Of a DNA stretch of 64,000 nt, positions 20,407-29,289 are shown in pieces; the first letter of the stretch is position 1, and every line of letters begins with the position of its first letter. The notes beneath the pieces were generated by a model that was not told the origin of the DNA, did not search any database, and was given only the letters and a program-made list of their open reading frames with translations. Source of the stretch: an uncultured virus (IMG/VR IMGVR_UViG_3300032245_001228) (lineage: Duplodnaviria; Heunggongvirae; Uroviricota; Caudoviricetes); IMG/VR virus record IMGVR_UViG_3300032245_001228; one strand, given 5' to 3'. The position numbers were made by a program, and so were the translations under genes.

Positions 20407-20679
20407 TTATTTTTTCTTTTTAAAAGTACTTACGTTCTTTGGAGCCTGACCCTTGACTCCCTGTTGAGGAGTCCCTGATCTTCTTTTTCTTTGAACAGCA
20501 CTTTTCTTTTGGGCACCAGACATGGATTTTGCTTTTGCAACAGGTACGCATTTAGCGTAACCTCCACCTGCGCCAGATGTACCACAGGGCTGATACTTAC
20601 CCTTCTTTTTAGGAGCACCAATGTTCACCCATTTTTGGTCAAACCATTTGGTTAACCCAACTCCCTTGGGGCCTGGCAT
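20407..20679 (-). CDS. Small basic phage protein (DUF5872-like)
   Basis: GLTKWFDQKWVNI...PCG...KCVP; Lys-rich. Confidence 0.7.
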   Translation of the reverse strand: MPGPKGVGLTKWFDQKWVNIGAPKKKGKYQPCGTSGAGGGYAKCVPVAKAKSMSGAQKKSAVQRKRRSGTPQQGVKGQAPKNVSTFKKKK

Positions 20680-20858
20680 TATTTACTCTTCTTTGCCTTT
20701 TTGGTAGAAACAGTTTTCCACCCGCCACCCATTGACTTATATTTTTTTGCAGCCCATGCATTTGCATAAGCTGACGGATAGACATCAAACTTTGATTTAG
20801 CTTGTGACTTTGCTGAAGACCAGAGTCCTGGTTTTGTCGGCTTGTTTTGCTTTGCCAT
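20679..20858 (-). CDS. Small basic phage protein (DUF5872-like), 59 aa
   Basis: Manual translation MAKQNKPTKPGLWSSAKSQAKSKFDVYPSAYANAWAAKKYKSMGGGWK...; TAATG overlaps at both ends. Confidence 0.75.
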   Translation of the reverse strand: MAKQNKPTKPGLWSSAKSQAKSKFDVYPSAYANAWAAKKYKSMGGGWKTVSTKKAKKSK

Positions 20859-21007
20859 TATTTTGCCAATCCTATAATTAAAATCATCTGTATTAAATGC
20901 AATACAAAATAAATTGTATGAGTTAACTTGTCTCTCTTGGACATCTTAGTTGACTCAACACAATTGCAAACATTATTATTGTGACAGTGGCATGAGCACG
21001 ATGTCAT
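20858..21007 (-). CDS. 49-aa Cys/His-rich membrane peptide
   Basis: MTSCSCHCHNNNVCNCVESTKMSKRDKLTHTIYFVLHLIQMILIIGLAK fills the gap exactly. Confidence 0.55.
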   Translation of the reverse strand: MTSCSCHCHNNNVCNCVESTKMSKRDKLTHTIYFVLHLIQMILIIGLAK

Positions 21008-21008
21008 A

Positions 21009-21212
21009 TTATTTCTTCTTACTTATTTTTCTAAGTGTCTTGGCAAGATTTGCTTGCTTAACAGTCAAAGGACTATACTTGCTTGGATTCTTGGAAACAG
21101 CTGCAGCCATACCTGCTACAGATTTGCCAGCCTTCTTAGCCTTGGCAGTGAATGCTCCGGGTCTTTTAATAGCACCTTGGATCCATTTCTTATCAGACTT
21201 TTTTGCTGCCAC
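21009..21212 (-). CDS. Small basic phage protein
   Basis: KKWIQGAIKRPGAFTAKAKKAG...QANLAKTL; AGGAG RBS. Confidence 0.75.
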   Translation of the reverse strand: MAAKKSDKKWIQGAIKRPGAFTAKAKKAGKSVAGMAAAVSKNPSKYSPLTVKQANLAKTLRKISKKK

Positions 21213-21414
21213 TCTTTATCTCCTTTTTGTTTTTGATTTCAGTAAGTCTACCAACAACGTGATCTCTCACGTGAGTATCTATCTTATGTTCAATTCTGTC
21301 AAGATGATCGCGAACATATCCGTGATCTTCTTTATTTTCTCTTCTAGCTTTTTCTAAAAGAGTAACAATAACAGCACCGACAACACCAATGAGAGCAACA
21401 GTAATTTGTTCCAT
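21193..21414 (-). CDS. Single-TM protein next to the endolysin (holin-like)
   Basis: MEQITVALIGVVGAVIVTLL followed by a coiled coil with DH...H. Confidence 0.7.
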   Translation of the reverse strand: MEQITVALIGVVGAVIVTLLEKARRENKEDHGYVRDHLDRIEHKIDTHVRDHVVGRLTEIKNKKEIKSGSKKV

Positions 21415-21421
21415 TTTATTC

Positions 21422-21964
21422 TCATGCAGGGGGATTGAAGGCGGCAACTGCTTCAGGAAGCGCATCACCAGCTACATAACGCAAGTGCCACGGTTCTTCT
21501 GGGACTACTTCCCAGCTAAATCCAAACTTCTTAACATTGGCAATAAGCCAGTTCAAACGCTTTGGTTCTCCTGCGTTGGCAATATCAACGGCGATGCCGA
21601 GGTTATGCTGAGACTTACCAGGTGTTGCCAAGGTCGCCATACCCTTCTTCAAGTACCAAGTCTTCCCTTCAAAGGTCTTGGTCTTGCCAGTTCCAGTATC
21701 CTCAAGGCTGTAGCGTTGTAGGAATCCTTTTTTCTGCAACTCGTATTCACGATATGTATCGCCTGCAGAAGTCGGCTTGAGTTCAATGCCATCAGCTTTA
21801 GCTGCGGCAACCATTGCCATCCAAGCTTTTGCTGCAATGTGGTGCATTCTTCCACCACCAGGAACCTTAACAAGAAGATTATCCGGGAGCTTTCCAGGGG
21901 TAACACCTTTAAGATCTTTTGGTAAAACTACTGGAACAATATAGTCCCAAGCTACTTTGCTCAT
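21422..21964 (-). CDS. M15-family Zn peptidase, probable endolysin
   Basis: YR...Q...ATPGKSQHNLGIAVD...WLIAN...FGF...EPWH. Confidence 0.88.
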   Translation of the reverse strand: MSKVAWDYIVPVVLPKDLKGVTPGKLPDNLLVKVPGGGRMHHIAAKAWMAMVAAAKADGIELKPTSAGDTYREYELQKKGFLQRYSLEDTGTGKTKTFEGKTWYLKKGMATLATPGKSQHNLGIAVDIANAGEPKRLNWLIANVKKFGFSWEVVPEEPWHLRYVAGDALPEAVAAFNPPA

Positions 21965-21976
21965 ATTAATCTCCTG

Positions 21977-22144
21977 TTATTTTTTCTTTTTATTTTTTTT
22001 AGCCGATGATATAGCTATGGCTATAGCTTGCTTCCTTGAATTGACAACAGGTCCGCCTTTGCCAGAATGTAAAGATCCTTTACCAAATTCACCCATTACG
22101 GATTTAATTTTTTTCTGATAAGCGGTTTCTTTTTTCTTAGCCAT
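21977..22144 (-). CDS. Small basic protein (DUF6496-like)
   Basis: KSVMGEFGKGSLHSGKGGPVVNSRKQAIAIAIS; start MAKKK at 22144. Confidence 0.75.
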   Translation of the reverse strand: MAKKKETAYQKKIKSVMGEFGKGSLHSGKGGPVVNSRKQAIAIAISSAKKNKKKK

Positions 22145-22172
22145 GGACGGACCTGCTATCTTAAAGTAATAA

Positions 22173-22406
22173 TTACTTCTTACCCTTGCCGGTACCAATC
22201 TTACCCAGCACCTTAATTGGACGCTGTGCAATTTTTGCCTGACCAGCTGAAGCTGTTGGCTTTGGTGCAGTTGTACCCTTGCCACCAGTTGCAACTTTCT
22301 TGAGGGTTGCAGGATTCTTTACTGGGCGTTGTGCCATTTTCATTTGACCGCTTGTTGCGGTTGGTTCTGGAGCGGATACTCCGCCACCTTTTTTCTTCAT
22401 AGCCAT
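22173..22406 (-). CDS. Small basic protein with internal duplication
   Basis: MAMKKK; APEPTATSGQMKMAQRP / APKPTASAGQAKIAQRP. Confidence 0.75.
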   Translation of the reverse strand: MAMKKKGGGVSAPEPTATSGQMKMAQRPVKNPATLKKVATGGKGTTAPKPTASAGQAKIAQRPIKVLGKIGTGKGKK

Positions 22407-22410
22407 GAAT

Positions 22411-22524
22411 TTATTTCTCCTTGTTTTTGCTAGCTTTTTTAGAAGCAGTTTTTTTAGTCACTGCTTTCCTTTTAGTTGTTTCCTGTTCTTCAACAGGTTT
22501 AACGTTTTGTACGTACTTAGACAT
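22411..22524 (-). CDS. 37-aa basic peptide
   Basis: MSKYVQNVKPVEEQETTKRKAVTKKTASKKASKNKEK; GAGG upstream; fills the gap. Confidence 0.5.
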   Translation of the reverse strand: MSKYVQNVKPVEEQETTKRKAVTKKTASKKASKNKEK

Positions 22525-22548
22525 AGTAACGATAATCCTCTATTTATT

Positions 22549-22782
22549 TCATTTTTCTATCTTGCGCTTCATCCTAGCAATTGACATTGGATGTGTGCCC
22601 TTTGGTGGTTTTTTATCCTTGTGGGAAATATTGTCAACCTTTTTTCCAGTAAAATGATTCAATGTAACATCGTCATCATTTTTATTATTACCTTTTACTC
22701 TTAATTGTCCAGATATAGGATCATACCCTACGCCTTTAGTTTTATTTTTAGACTTAGATTTAGAACCCTTTTTGCTGGCCAT
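22549..22782 (-). CDS. Small basic protein
   Basis: MASKKGSK; Lys-rich; packed in the array. Confidence 0.65.
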   Translation of the reverse strand: MASKKGSKSKSKNKTKGVGYDPISGQLRVKGNNKNDDDVTLNHFTGKKVDNISHKDKKPPKGTHPMSIARMKRKIEK

Positions 22783-22784
22783 AA

Positions 22785-22979
22785 CTACATCTTGTGGGTG
22801 CGTGCTGATTTTTTAGGAGCATGGTCCACATTATAAGAACCAGTCTTTTTCTTAGGACGAGCCTTTGTTCCATCTATTGATGGGGTACTCATACCCTTCT
22901 GCATAACGTTGGTCACTTTTTGCTTCTTAGAAGCAACAACCATTGGATCTGCTTTGCCACTCTTTTTTTTCATAGCCAT
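22785..22979 (-). CDS. Small basic protein
   Basis: MAMKKKS; AGGAG RBS. Confidence 0.7.
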   Translation of the reverse strand: MAMKKKSGKADPMVVASKKQKVTNVMQKGMSTPSIDGTKARPKKKTGSYNVDHAPKKSARTHKM

Positions 22980-23005
22980 AATATTCTCCTATTGTATAAT
23001 ATTTA

Positions 23006-23131
23006 TTATTTCTTTTTCTTTTTAGCTATAGCTGCCTGTATAAACGGTGGAAGCTTTTTCTGAGCTGATGTTAAGCCAGCTTTTGGAGCTGGAGTCTTTG
23101 TCATTTTTTTTGGTTGCTTTTTCATTGCCAT
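23006..23131 (-). CDS. 41-aa basic peptide
   Basis: MAMKKQPKKMTKTPAPKAGLTSAQKKLPPFIQAAIAKKKKK; AGGAG RBS. Confidence 0.7.
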   Translation of the reverse strand: MAMKKQPKKMTKTPAPKAGLTSAQKKLPPFIQAAIAKKKKK

Positions 23132-23168
23132 TTTATTCTCCTATTTTTGTAGATTAATTTAATTGTTA

Positions 23169-23432
23169 TTAACAATCCCATTTACGCAGAGACAAAGCCT
23201 TGCGAGTAGGACGACCTTTAGAATCTTTCATCGGACCGGGCATGCCGCCCATACGTGCGCAAAACGACTTACGTCGAGCTGCCGCCTTTGGTGATTTTTT
23301 TGCCTGCTTAGACGACACTGGTGGCTTTAGTGTGCCACCCGTCTGAGCCTTGTATGATGCACGACCTTTGGCGTTTAAACCGCCAGCAGGATTCTTACCT
23401 TCTTTACGTTGCCATGCAGGTGATTTAGCCAT
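23169..23432 (-). CDS. Small basic phage protein (DUF6321-like)
   Basis: MAKSPAWQRKEGKNPAGGLNAKGRASY...RRKSFCARM...SLRKWDC. Confidence 0.8.
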   Translation of the reverse strand: MAKSPAWQRKEGKNPAGGLNAKGRASYKAQTGGTLKPPVSSKQAKKSPKAAARRKSFCARMGGMPGPMKDSKGRPTRKALSLRKWDC

Positions 23433-23650
23433 TTTTCTTTCCCTTCTTGTGAGGGTTATTTTTATGCCATGCCTTAGAGCTTTTTACTCCTTGACTAACA
23501 GTTTTAACCCCGGCGACCTTGGTTAAGTTAGCTTTCTTCCAAGCTCCGCTTCTTAATGCCTGGATGATTTACCTGAACGTCACCTTTTTTATCAACAGTG
23601 ATAACGTGAGTGACTCCAGTAATTTTTAATTTCTTTTTTGAAGAAGCCAT
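23425..23650 (-). CDS. Small basic protein, one frameshift near 23550
   Basis: MASSKKKLKITGVTHVITVDKKGDVQVNHPGIK / SGAWKKANLTKVAGVKTVSQGVKSSKAWHKNNPH; overlaps both neighbours. Confidence 0.55.
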
Positions 23651-23793
23651 TATTTTTTCTTCCTCTTTTGCTTAGAGCTATTAACACGCGGTGCTTTAAC
23701 CGGCTTAGGAGCATTTTTAAGCTCAATGCCATACATAAAATTATTTTGGCCCATCCTTGGACCACTGATATAACTAAACCTTTTTATTACCAT
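23650..23793 (-). CDS. Small basic protein
   Basis: MVIKRFSYISGPRMGQNNFMYG...KQKRKKK. Confidence 0.55.
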   Translation of the reverse strand: MVIKRFSYISGPRMGQNNFMYGIELKNAPKPVKAPRVNSSKQKRKKK

Positions 23794-23890
23794 CTTCTTT
23801 TTCCTTTGGTTTTGGTGGAGGTGGTTCTCCAAGAACTTTGCTAGGGGCTGCATTGCCCTTGGAGATCGACCTAAACTTAGCTAAAGACAC
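23774..23890 (-). CDS. 38-aa peptide
   Basis: GTG start; MSLAKFRSISKGNAAPSKVLGEPPPPKPKEKEDGNKKV; fills the gap. Confidence 0.4.
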   Translation of the reverse strand: MSLAKFRSISKGNAAPSKVLGEPPPPKPKEKEDGNKKV

Positions 23891-23895
23891 AAGTA

Positions 23896-24177
23896 TTATT
23901 TGGCTGCCTTCTTAGGGCGACCCTTCTTAGCTGGAGAAGAAGAAGCTGGCTTCTTTTCTGCTGGCTTCTTTGCTTTTGCTGCTGCTTTTTTTACTTCTTT
24001 CTTTGCATCAGCAACAATGTTTTCAGCTGCTTCTTTTGCTGCATCAGCAACAACTTCAGCTTGATCTGCAAGCTGGTCGATGACCTTAGCTTGAGCCTTA
24101 GCAATTGCGCTATTTGCATCGATCTTCTGAGCCTTGAACAAAACTGCCTTGATCTTACTTGCTATCTTTTTAAACAT
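23896..24177 (-). CDS. Ala/Lys-rich protein with histone H1-like tail
   Basis: ...KKAAAKAKKPAEKKPASSSPAKKGRPKKAAK; GAGG RBS. Confidence 0.75.
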   Translation of the reverse strand: MFKKIASKIKAVLFKAQKIDANSAIAKAQAKVIDQLADQAEVVADAAKEAAENIVADAKKEVKKAAAKAKKPAEKKPASSSPAKKGRPKKAAK

Positions 24178-24210
24178 ATCAACCTCTATTTTTATTTGTT
24201 TGGATAATTA

Positions 24211-24241
24211 ATAGTAACATTATACTATATGTTATAGTAAC
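24211..24241 (-). promoter_or_regulatory. Two GTTACTAT motifs heading the basic-protein array
   Basis: ATAGTAAC at 24211-24218 and 24234-24241. Confidence 0.55.
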
Positions 24242-24260
24242 TGGCAAAAAGATTCTTTAT

Positions 24261-24584
24261 CTATTTACCCTGTTGAGATTCTTTAATTAAAGAATATCTA
24301 TCTCCGGTCTCCTTGGAGACTACAGAAAATCCATAGGCGGCTGCTTCCTCTATAGAGGCTCTCAACTGCTCTTTGTCCTCAAAGGATACCCCAGCCAAAG
24401 GAATCGTTATTGCAGCGTAAACATCTATATTTTCAAAGTTGCCAATATTTACTTTTCTATTAACACCACAAATAAATACAGGAGATGTAGTAAGAGAAAG
24501 TTCTCCTGGAATAGAGCTAACTATATTATCTATTGGTGAATCAAAAGATGATGATTCTTGTGCTGTTTTATTAATCTTAGGCAT
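24261..24584 (-). CDS. Hypothetical protein
   Basis: ORF coupled to the kinase gene; RKVNIGNFENIDV. Confidence 0.7.
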   Translation of the reverse strand: MPKINKTAQESSSFDSPIDNIVSSIPGELSLTTSPVFICGVNRKVNIGNFENIDVYAAITIPLAGVSFEDKEQLRASIEEAAAYGFSVVSKETGDRYSLIKESQQGK

Positions 24585-25368
24585 TTGTTTTTGTTCCTAT
24601 TCCAAGGCTATTTAATGTAGCCTCTACTTGTTCTTCTAAGGTCATATTATCTGTATTTATTATAGCAGAAGAGATTTGTTTTATCTCATCTATCTGTTGC
24701 TCAGAACTGTGGTTCAACTGCTCAGCGTTCATAAGCTTTCCGTCTCTCTTCATTATTCTTTCGTTTAAAACATCTTGTTGTGCGTCAAACGTTATAACAA
24801 TTCCATTAGGCTGCTTAAGGATACTCTTTGCCTCATTGACATATCTAACATCAGAAATCAAAATGCACATAGGTACTGCGTTATCTTCTGAGTCTGACTT
24901 AACTAAATCTTTTATATATTGTCTGTATAATAAATTAGATTTAATTATTGCCCAGTTAGCAAAACAATTTGGATCATGTTCTCTACAAATATCTCCAGCC
25001 TTTTGCAAAAATGTTCTAGGCTTTATTCCCTCTGGCTCTATGTTGAGTTCGTAGATTTCTTTTACTTTTTCTACGAGTGAATAATAGTGTGGGATATTTG
25101 CTAATGTTGATCTTCCATATATTTCATAGAGTACATCATGAAGAGCATAAAGCTTTCTTAACTCTGCGTTGTGGCCCAATGTATTCTTTTTAATTGAAGC
25201 CATCTCGTATAAAGGAAGGGCATAAAAAAGATGGTCCCACTTCATTCCGTATTTATTTGTATCAAATGAACCCTTGGGAACAATTGATTCAGCTACAGAT
25301 GTTTTGCCGCTTCCAGCTTTACCTGCTAAACCTATGATTATTGGTTGGCCTTGTATAAAATTTTTCAT
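24577..25368 (-). CDS. Deoxynucleoside monophosphate kinase
   Basis: IIGLAGKAGSGKT...ALPL...PRTFLQ...ISDVRYVNE...HSSE. Confidence 0.85.
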   Translation of the reverse strand: MKNFIQGQPIIIGLAGKAGSGKTSVAESIVPKGSFDTNKYGMKWDHLFYALPLYEMASIKKNTLGHNAELRKLYALHDVLYEIYGRSTLANIPHYYSLVEKVKEIYELNIEPEGIKPRTFLQKAGDICREHDPNCFANWAIIKSNLLYRQYIKDLVKSDSEDNAVPMCILISDVRYVNEAKSILKQPNGIVITFDAQQDVLNERIMKRDGKLMNAEQLNHSSEQQIDEIKQISSAIINTDNMTLEEQVEATLNSLGIGTKTNA

Positions 25369-25374
25369 AGACCA

Positions 25375-25383
25375 ATTATATCA
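25375..25383 (-). promoter_or_regulatory. Extended -10 promoter TGATATAAT, likely leaderless
   Basis: Ends 6 nt before ATG 25368. Confidence 0.55.
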
Positions 25384-25804
25384 TGTTTTGTCTACGGATC
25401 TCCAAATCATCTAAGAAACTATTTGCTAGAGCATCTGGCTCCCAGACAAAAGCCCTTGGTACTTGCACAACTCTAAAATTATAATCTGATCTAATATCTT
25501 CTATAGTCATTAGAAGTGGTATCAATGATTTATTTTTACATTCCCACTTACCATTTATTTGATTTGCAACAACGGCAGAATCAGTATAAATAATTGGATC
25601 TATTAAATCCGCCATTGCACAAATTAATAACCCGGCTATGACAGCTTCATACTCTGCTTCGTTATTACTTCTAGGACCTAACCCTCTAGAAAATTGTGCT
25701 ATTTTTTTTCTATTTTTATAAACAACAACAGAGCAAGCTGCTTCACCAGTTTTCTTTTGACCCTGCCCTCTAGAGGCCCCATCGCAAAAGACTTCAATGC
25801 TCAT
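25376..25804 (-). CDS. rnhA: Ribonuclease HI
   Basis: FCDGASRG...SNNEAEYEA...TDSAVVANQING.W...DALAN. Confidence 0.9.
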   Translation of the reverse strand: MSIEVFCDGASRGQGQKKTGEAACSVVVYKNRKKIAQFSRGLGPRSNNEAEYEAVIAGLLICAMADLIDPIIYTDSAVVANQINGKWECKNKSLIPLLMTIEDIRSDYNFRVVQVPRAFVWEPDALANSFLDDLEIRRQNMI

Positions 25805-26013
25805 TAGTCTAGTTCAATATTATAAGGAATCCCGAGTTCAATTGCTCGTTCCTTAATATTGTCTTCCTGTTTTTTACTTGAGGCAAAGTGTGTTGTTACC
25901 AATAGGTATCTTTCTCCCATGTATTCGACTTGTGTAGGAAAATTTAAAGTTTTTCTTTTTTGCGAATAAAATTCTTTAGCTTTGTTTACAGCTCTATAGT
26001 AACCTATGTACAC
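25804..26013 (-). CDS. Hypothetical protein
   Basis: GTG 26013 after GGAGG is more likely than the 26043 start. Confidence 0.6.
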   Translation of the reverse strand: MYIGYYRAVNKAKEFYSQKRKTLNFPTQVEYMGERYLLVTTHFASSKKQEDNIKERAIELGIPYNIELD

Positions 26014-26023
26014 AAATACCTCC

Positions 26024-26539
26024 TTAGTATGTAGTAAAATCACTATCCAGGTAATGACCTTTATTTTCTCTGGAAGAAGCTATCTGCATAGATTGAACTT
26101 TGTCCATTAGTTTTCTAGATGATTCCGAAGCTATTCTAGCTGCGCCTTCCATTGATTCTGCTAGGCTTAAAATAGCTTCACAGGTTATCAGGGCTGAGTA
26201 TTCATCTTCTGCAGCTTCCATTGCAGCTGCTTCTCTTTCTGCTTCATTCTTTCCAACTCTGGAAGATTTATATTTCTTTTTATATTTACCTTCCATAATT
26301 TTATAATTTGCTCTAGCCATACCAGCAAATCTTGCAGCTCTGCCATAAACATTTGAGCTCTTAGCAACTAGTGAAGCTAGATTGTCAAGACCTAAATCTA
26401 TGGTATCTTCGTCTGGTATTTCTATAAAGTATCTTCCACCACCTGATGCTTCTGCATAGGATGTGATTACTTCTTGAATTTGTGGTCCTAAAAAATCACT
26501 AAGTAATTGTTGCAACTTTTCTAGGTTTTGATTGTTCAC
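26024..26539 (-). CDS. Helical coiled-coil protein (possibly UvsY-like recombination mediator)
   Basis: KNEAEREAAA-type helix; replication context. Confidence 0.55.
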   Translation of the reverse strand: MNNQNLEKLQQLLSDFLGPQIQEVITSYAEASGGGRYFIEIPDEDTIDLGLDNLASLVAKSSNVYGRAARFAGMARANYKIMEGKYKKKYKSSRVGKNEAEREAAAMEAAEDEYSALITCEAILSLAESMEGAARIASESSRKLMDKVQSMQIASSRENKGHYLDSDFTTY

Positions 26540-27408
26540 TTATTTATCCTTTTTATTTAAATTTAGATCTCTAACTAGTTCCGGCATGTCGGATTCTCTT
26601 ATGATTTCTTCAAGCCTTTTTTTGATCTTAGCTAGATGCTCTCTTACTGTGTTTGGGTGTTCGTTTATTTTTTGGGATATTTCACTAGATCTTTTTCCAT
26701 CTATGTATCTCCATTTTATCAGCTGTCTCTCCTGTATTGTCAACTTATCGAATGGAGGAAAATTTTTTTCTCCCATCACCCAAGATTCATCAAGATCTTC
26801 TGCACACAATAATGATTCGAGAGAATACTCTTGAGGCTCTGCTTTAAAACCTGTGTGATGAGTATCACTATCTGGATCATTTTCGGCTTCGTCATCCATT
26901 AATGCAAAAGTTTTTCTTCCTAATTGATCTATTAAAAAAGTATCTACATTTTTCTTCAATAAATAAAAGAAATAACTATATAAGAATCCGGCTAAATGGT
27001 ATAGGCCCTTTTGCCGAATCTTTCTTTTCATATCTATTAATACATTGAAAAAATGTAAGATCTATTGTCTGTCTAATGTCTTCTTCTATTCCATATCTTT
27101 TTGCCATATAGACTATTCCGTCCCATGACATCAGATATTTCTTTGTAGTCTTTCTTACTTAACTTATTTTTCATAAGAGCAATTCTTACATATGGATTTT
27201 TTACGAAAAGACTAATAAACCTTCGTATATCATAGTCACCAAGATTATATCTACCGTGATATATTAATGCAACATACTTGCTCAAAAAATTATTAAAAAC
27301 TTGTAACAGTTCTCGCTTTGCTTTAGTATCTCCAGCCTTAGCTTTAGCTATGAGATCTTGCATTTCGCTTTCTTCTAAATTATAATATTGCTCTTTATAA
27401 GCAGCCAT
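26540..27408 (-). CDS. Phage sigma-70-family RNA polymerase sigma factor (two frameshifts)
   Basis: LIAKAKAGDTKAKRELL, then in another frame EEDIRQTIDLTFFQCINRYE...IPFS, then GFLYSY...LTIQERQLIKWRYIDGKRSSEISQKI (region 4 HTH). Shifts near 27120 and 26990. Confidence 0.8.
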
Positions 27409-27972
27409 TTATTTTCCTTCCCAATAAGTTATATCATTGGCGTATTCTGACCTAATGTCTTCATAAAAAATTATGTTAGGTACCTCTAACTGATTTAAAA
27501 ATTCAACCGCATCTTTTGCGTACTTACTTATGATGCATGTAAACTTTTCAAATTCTTTTGGATAATATCTCTTAAACCTTTTTATTTTAGTTTTACTTTT
27601 ATTATCTAGATAGCCTTTCATCTCAACCCATTCATCAGTATTGGTGAGATAAAAATCTGGGGTATAACCTTTTACTCCTCTTTTTATAGGAAAGGAAAAA
27701 ACAGTTGGTTCAAATTCAAATTTAATTCTATAAGCCTTTAGTATGCGAACAAAATTTGCTTCCCAATTTGATCTTACATTTAATTCTATATCTTTTCTAT
27801 AACCAGTCTTGGTATGTTTATAAGCGTTGCCATTTTTTGTAGGCCTCTTTGCTTCATCAGTTAAAATTTCTTCATCTATTTTTTTAACATGAATCTTTTT
27901 AAGATCAGGATGTTTCTTCAGCTTTGACCTTGAAAGAAAAAATTCCCTTGATTTGACAACACTACTTTTCAT
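27409..27972 (-). CDS. PD-(D/E)XK endonuclease (endonuclease I / Holliday junction resolvase-like)
   Basis: RSNWEANF...FEFEP...YTPDF...WVEMKGY. Confidence 0.8.
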   Translation of the reverse strand: MKSSVVKSREFFLSRSKLKKHPDLKKIHVKKIDEEILTDEAKRPTKNGNAYKHTKTGYRKDIELNVRSNWEANFVRILKAYRIKFEFEPTVFSFPIKRGVKGYTPDFYLTNTDEWVEMKGYLDNKSKTKIKRFKRYYPKEFEKFTCIISKYAKDAVEFLNQLEVPNIIFYEDIRSEYANDITYWEGK

Positions 27973-28048
27973 CGTGTAACCTCTATTGCGTTATATCCAC
28001 TAAGTATATTATACTTTATATTTATCCGAAAAACAAGCAACTATTAAG

Positions 28049-28077
28049 TTGCAAAACCACAAAGGAAATGGTAGCAT
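28049..28077 (+). promoter_or_regulatory. Housekeeping-sigma promoter TTGCAA-N17-TAGCAT with extended TG, leaderless
   Basis: -35 at 28049-28054, -10 at 28072-28077, ATG at 28085. Confidence 0.65.
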
Positions 28078-28084
28078 AAGAGCT

Positions 28085-28261
28085 ATGACAACATCAACAG
28101 TAACAACAAGAACCTTATTGGACAGCATGCATCAGTCAGCCAAGGAGCAGTCAATTGACATCCTGGTTAACGAATACGCATACGCTCAAGAGACAGCAAT
28201 TAAGCTCGTCACAGAGATCGATGGAATTGATCTTGAATTGGATTCAAATTCCGCTTTCTAA
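28085..28261 (+). CDS. Small acidic protein in its own transcription unit
   Basis: MTTSTVTTRTLLDSMHQ...; flanked by a promoter and a terminator. Confidence 0.7.
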   Translation: MTTSTVTTRTLLDSMHQSAKEQSIDILVNEYAYAQETAIKLVTEIDGIDLELDSNSAF

Positions 28262-28270
28262 TAAGTAAAG

Positions 28271-28310
28271 AAAAACCCCCGCTAACTTAATTGTTGGCGG
28301 GGGTTTTTTT
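28271..28310. terminator. Bidirectional intrinsic terminator
   Basis: AAAAACCCCCGCTAAC-ttaatt-GTTGGCGGGGGTTTTTTT between convergent genes. Confidence 0.9.
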
Positions 28311-29107
28311 ATGCCCTAGCTGCTTTCTTATTTCTGAATACACCAGTCCCACATGCTCCAGACTTTGCGTGGTCGCAATAAGAACAGGCTCTAACGTTAG
28401 CTGTTGGTGTAAAGTTATTGTCTTCAATAATATTATTAATTAAAGATAATAATTTAATCTTTACATTCTCAAGATCTTCCTTGGTATAAAGATGGCCTTT
28501 TCTTCTACCTGATCTTAGGTAATGAAGCTCTGCGTATATTTCTTTATCAGGCATTATGTTAGACACTGCAAGTGCATATATGCCAAGCTGAAGATTATCT
28601 GCTATTCCCTTTTGGGTTACTTCCCACTTGCCTGTCTTGTAATCGATAATATTAACTCTATCGCCAACTACATCTATTCTATCTATAAAACCTATTATAG
28701 AATGGTTTCCAATAACAAAATTAAAGGCATGCTCTTTATCGTAGACATCAAATGTTGTATCTTGATTTTGATCATAGAATTCATCTATGATTACTTTTCC
28801 AACAGATATTAGTTCATCAGATATCTGATTGTTTGGATCAAGCTTAAATTTATTTTCCTCGTACTCTTTATGCATGTCTGCATAATCAAGAGGCTTATCT
28901 TTATCTACTACGTTTTCTAAGACAGCGTGGACTATATTTCCGAAGCGTTGCTGCCTCGCCAAACAAACGAGGTTCTTTCTTTATATAAGAAAAGAAATAT
29001 TTAGTTGCACACTGATTATATGTATCTATTCTTGAGTAAGAAAATTCAGTTAAAGCTAATCTTTGTAGGGGATCTAAATCTTCTATAGATTTTAATTGTA
29101 TTGTCAC
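28309..29107 (-). CDS. Cas4/RecB-like PD-(D/E)XK exonuclease with Fe-S Cys (frameshift near 28945)
   Basis: FSYSRIDTYNQC...GEAATL/GNIVH...GFIDRID...IIDYKTG...QLGIY...CSYC...C. Confidence 0.85.
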
Positions 29108-29281
29108 TTATTCCTCTTCGGGTTCGTACTCACCTATTAGAGCACCTTCTTCGTCGTACTCTTTTCCATTTTCATCTATAGAATGGCCAGTATTTATATT
29201 TATAAATCTACCTTCACCGACTGAAACCCAGCCGGTATTGCCTATCTCCATGAAATCGCCTTCAATATATGGCCAAGACAT
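29108..29281 (-). CDS. 57-aa acidic hypothetical protein
   Basis: MSWPYIEGDFMEIGNTGWVSVGEGRF...; AGGAG RBS; fills the gap. Confidence 0.6.
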   Translation of the reverse strand: MSWPYIEGDFMEIGNTGWVSVGEGRFININTGHSIDENGKEYDEEGALIGEYEPEEE

Positions 29282-29289
29282 TTTATCTC

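Noticed and set aside
8839..21964. vanY-type vancomycin resistance
   Set aside because: The M15 domains are in lysis or virion context with no van genes.
26540..27408. Programmed frameshifting or pseudogenisation of the sigma factor (also breaks near 1300, 15420, 23550 and 28945)
   Set aside because: Isolated indels in otherwise intact, partly essential genes with no shared slippery motif. Sequencing error is simpler; check the reads.
28309..29107. CRISPR-Cas system suggested by Cas4-like genes
   Set aside because: No repeat-spacer array or other cas genes seen; stand-alone Cas4-like nucleases are common in phages.
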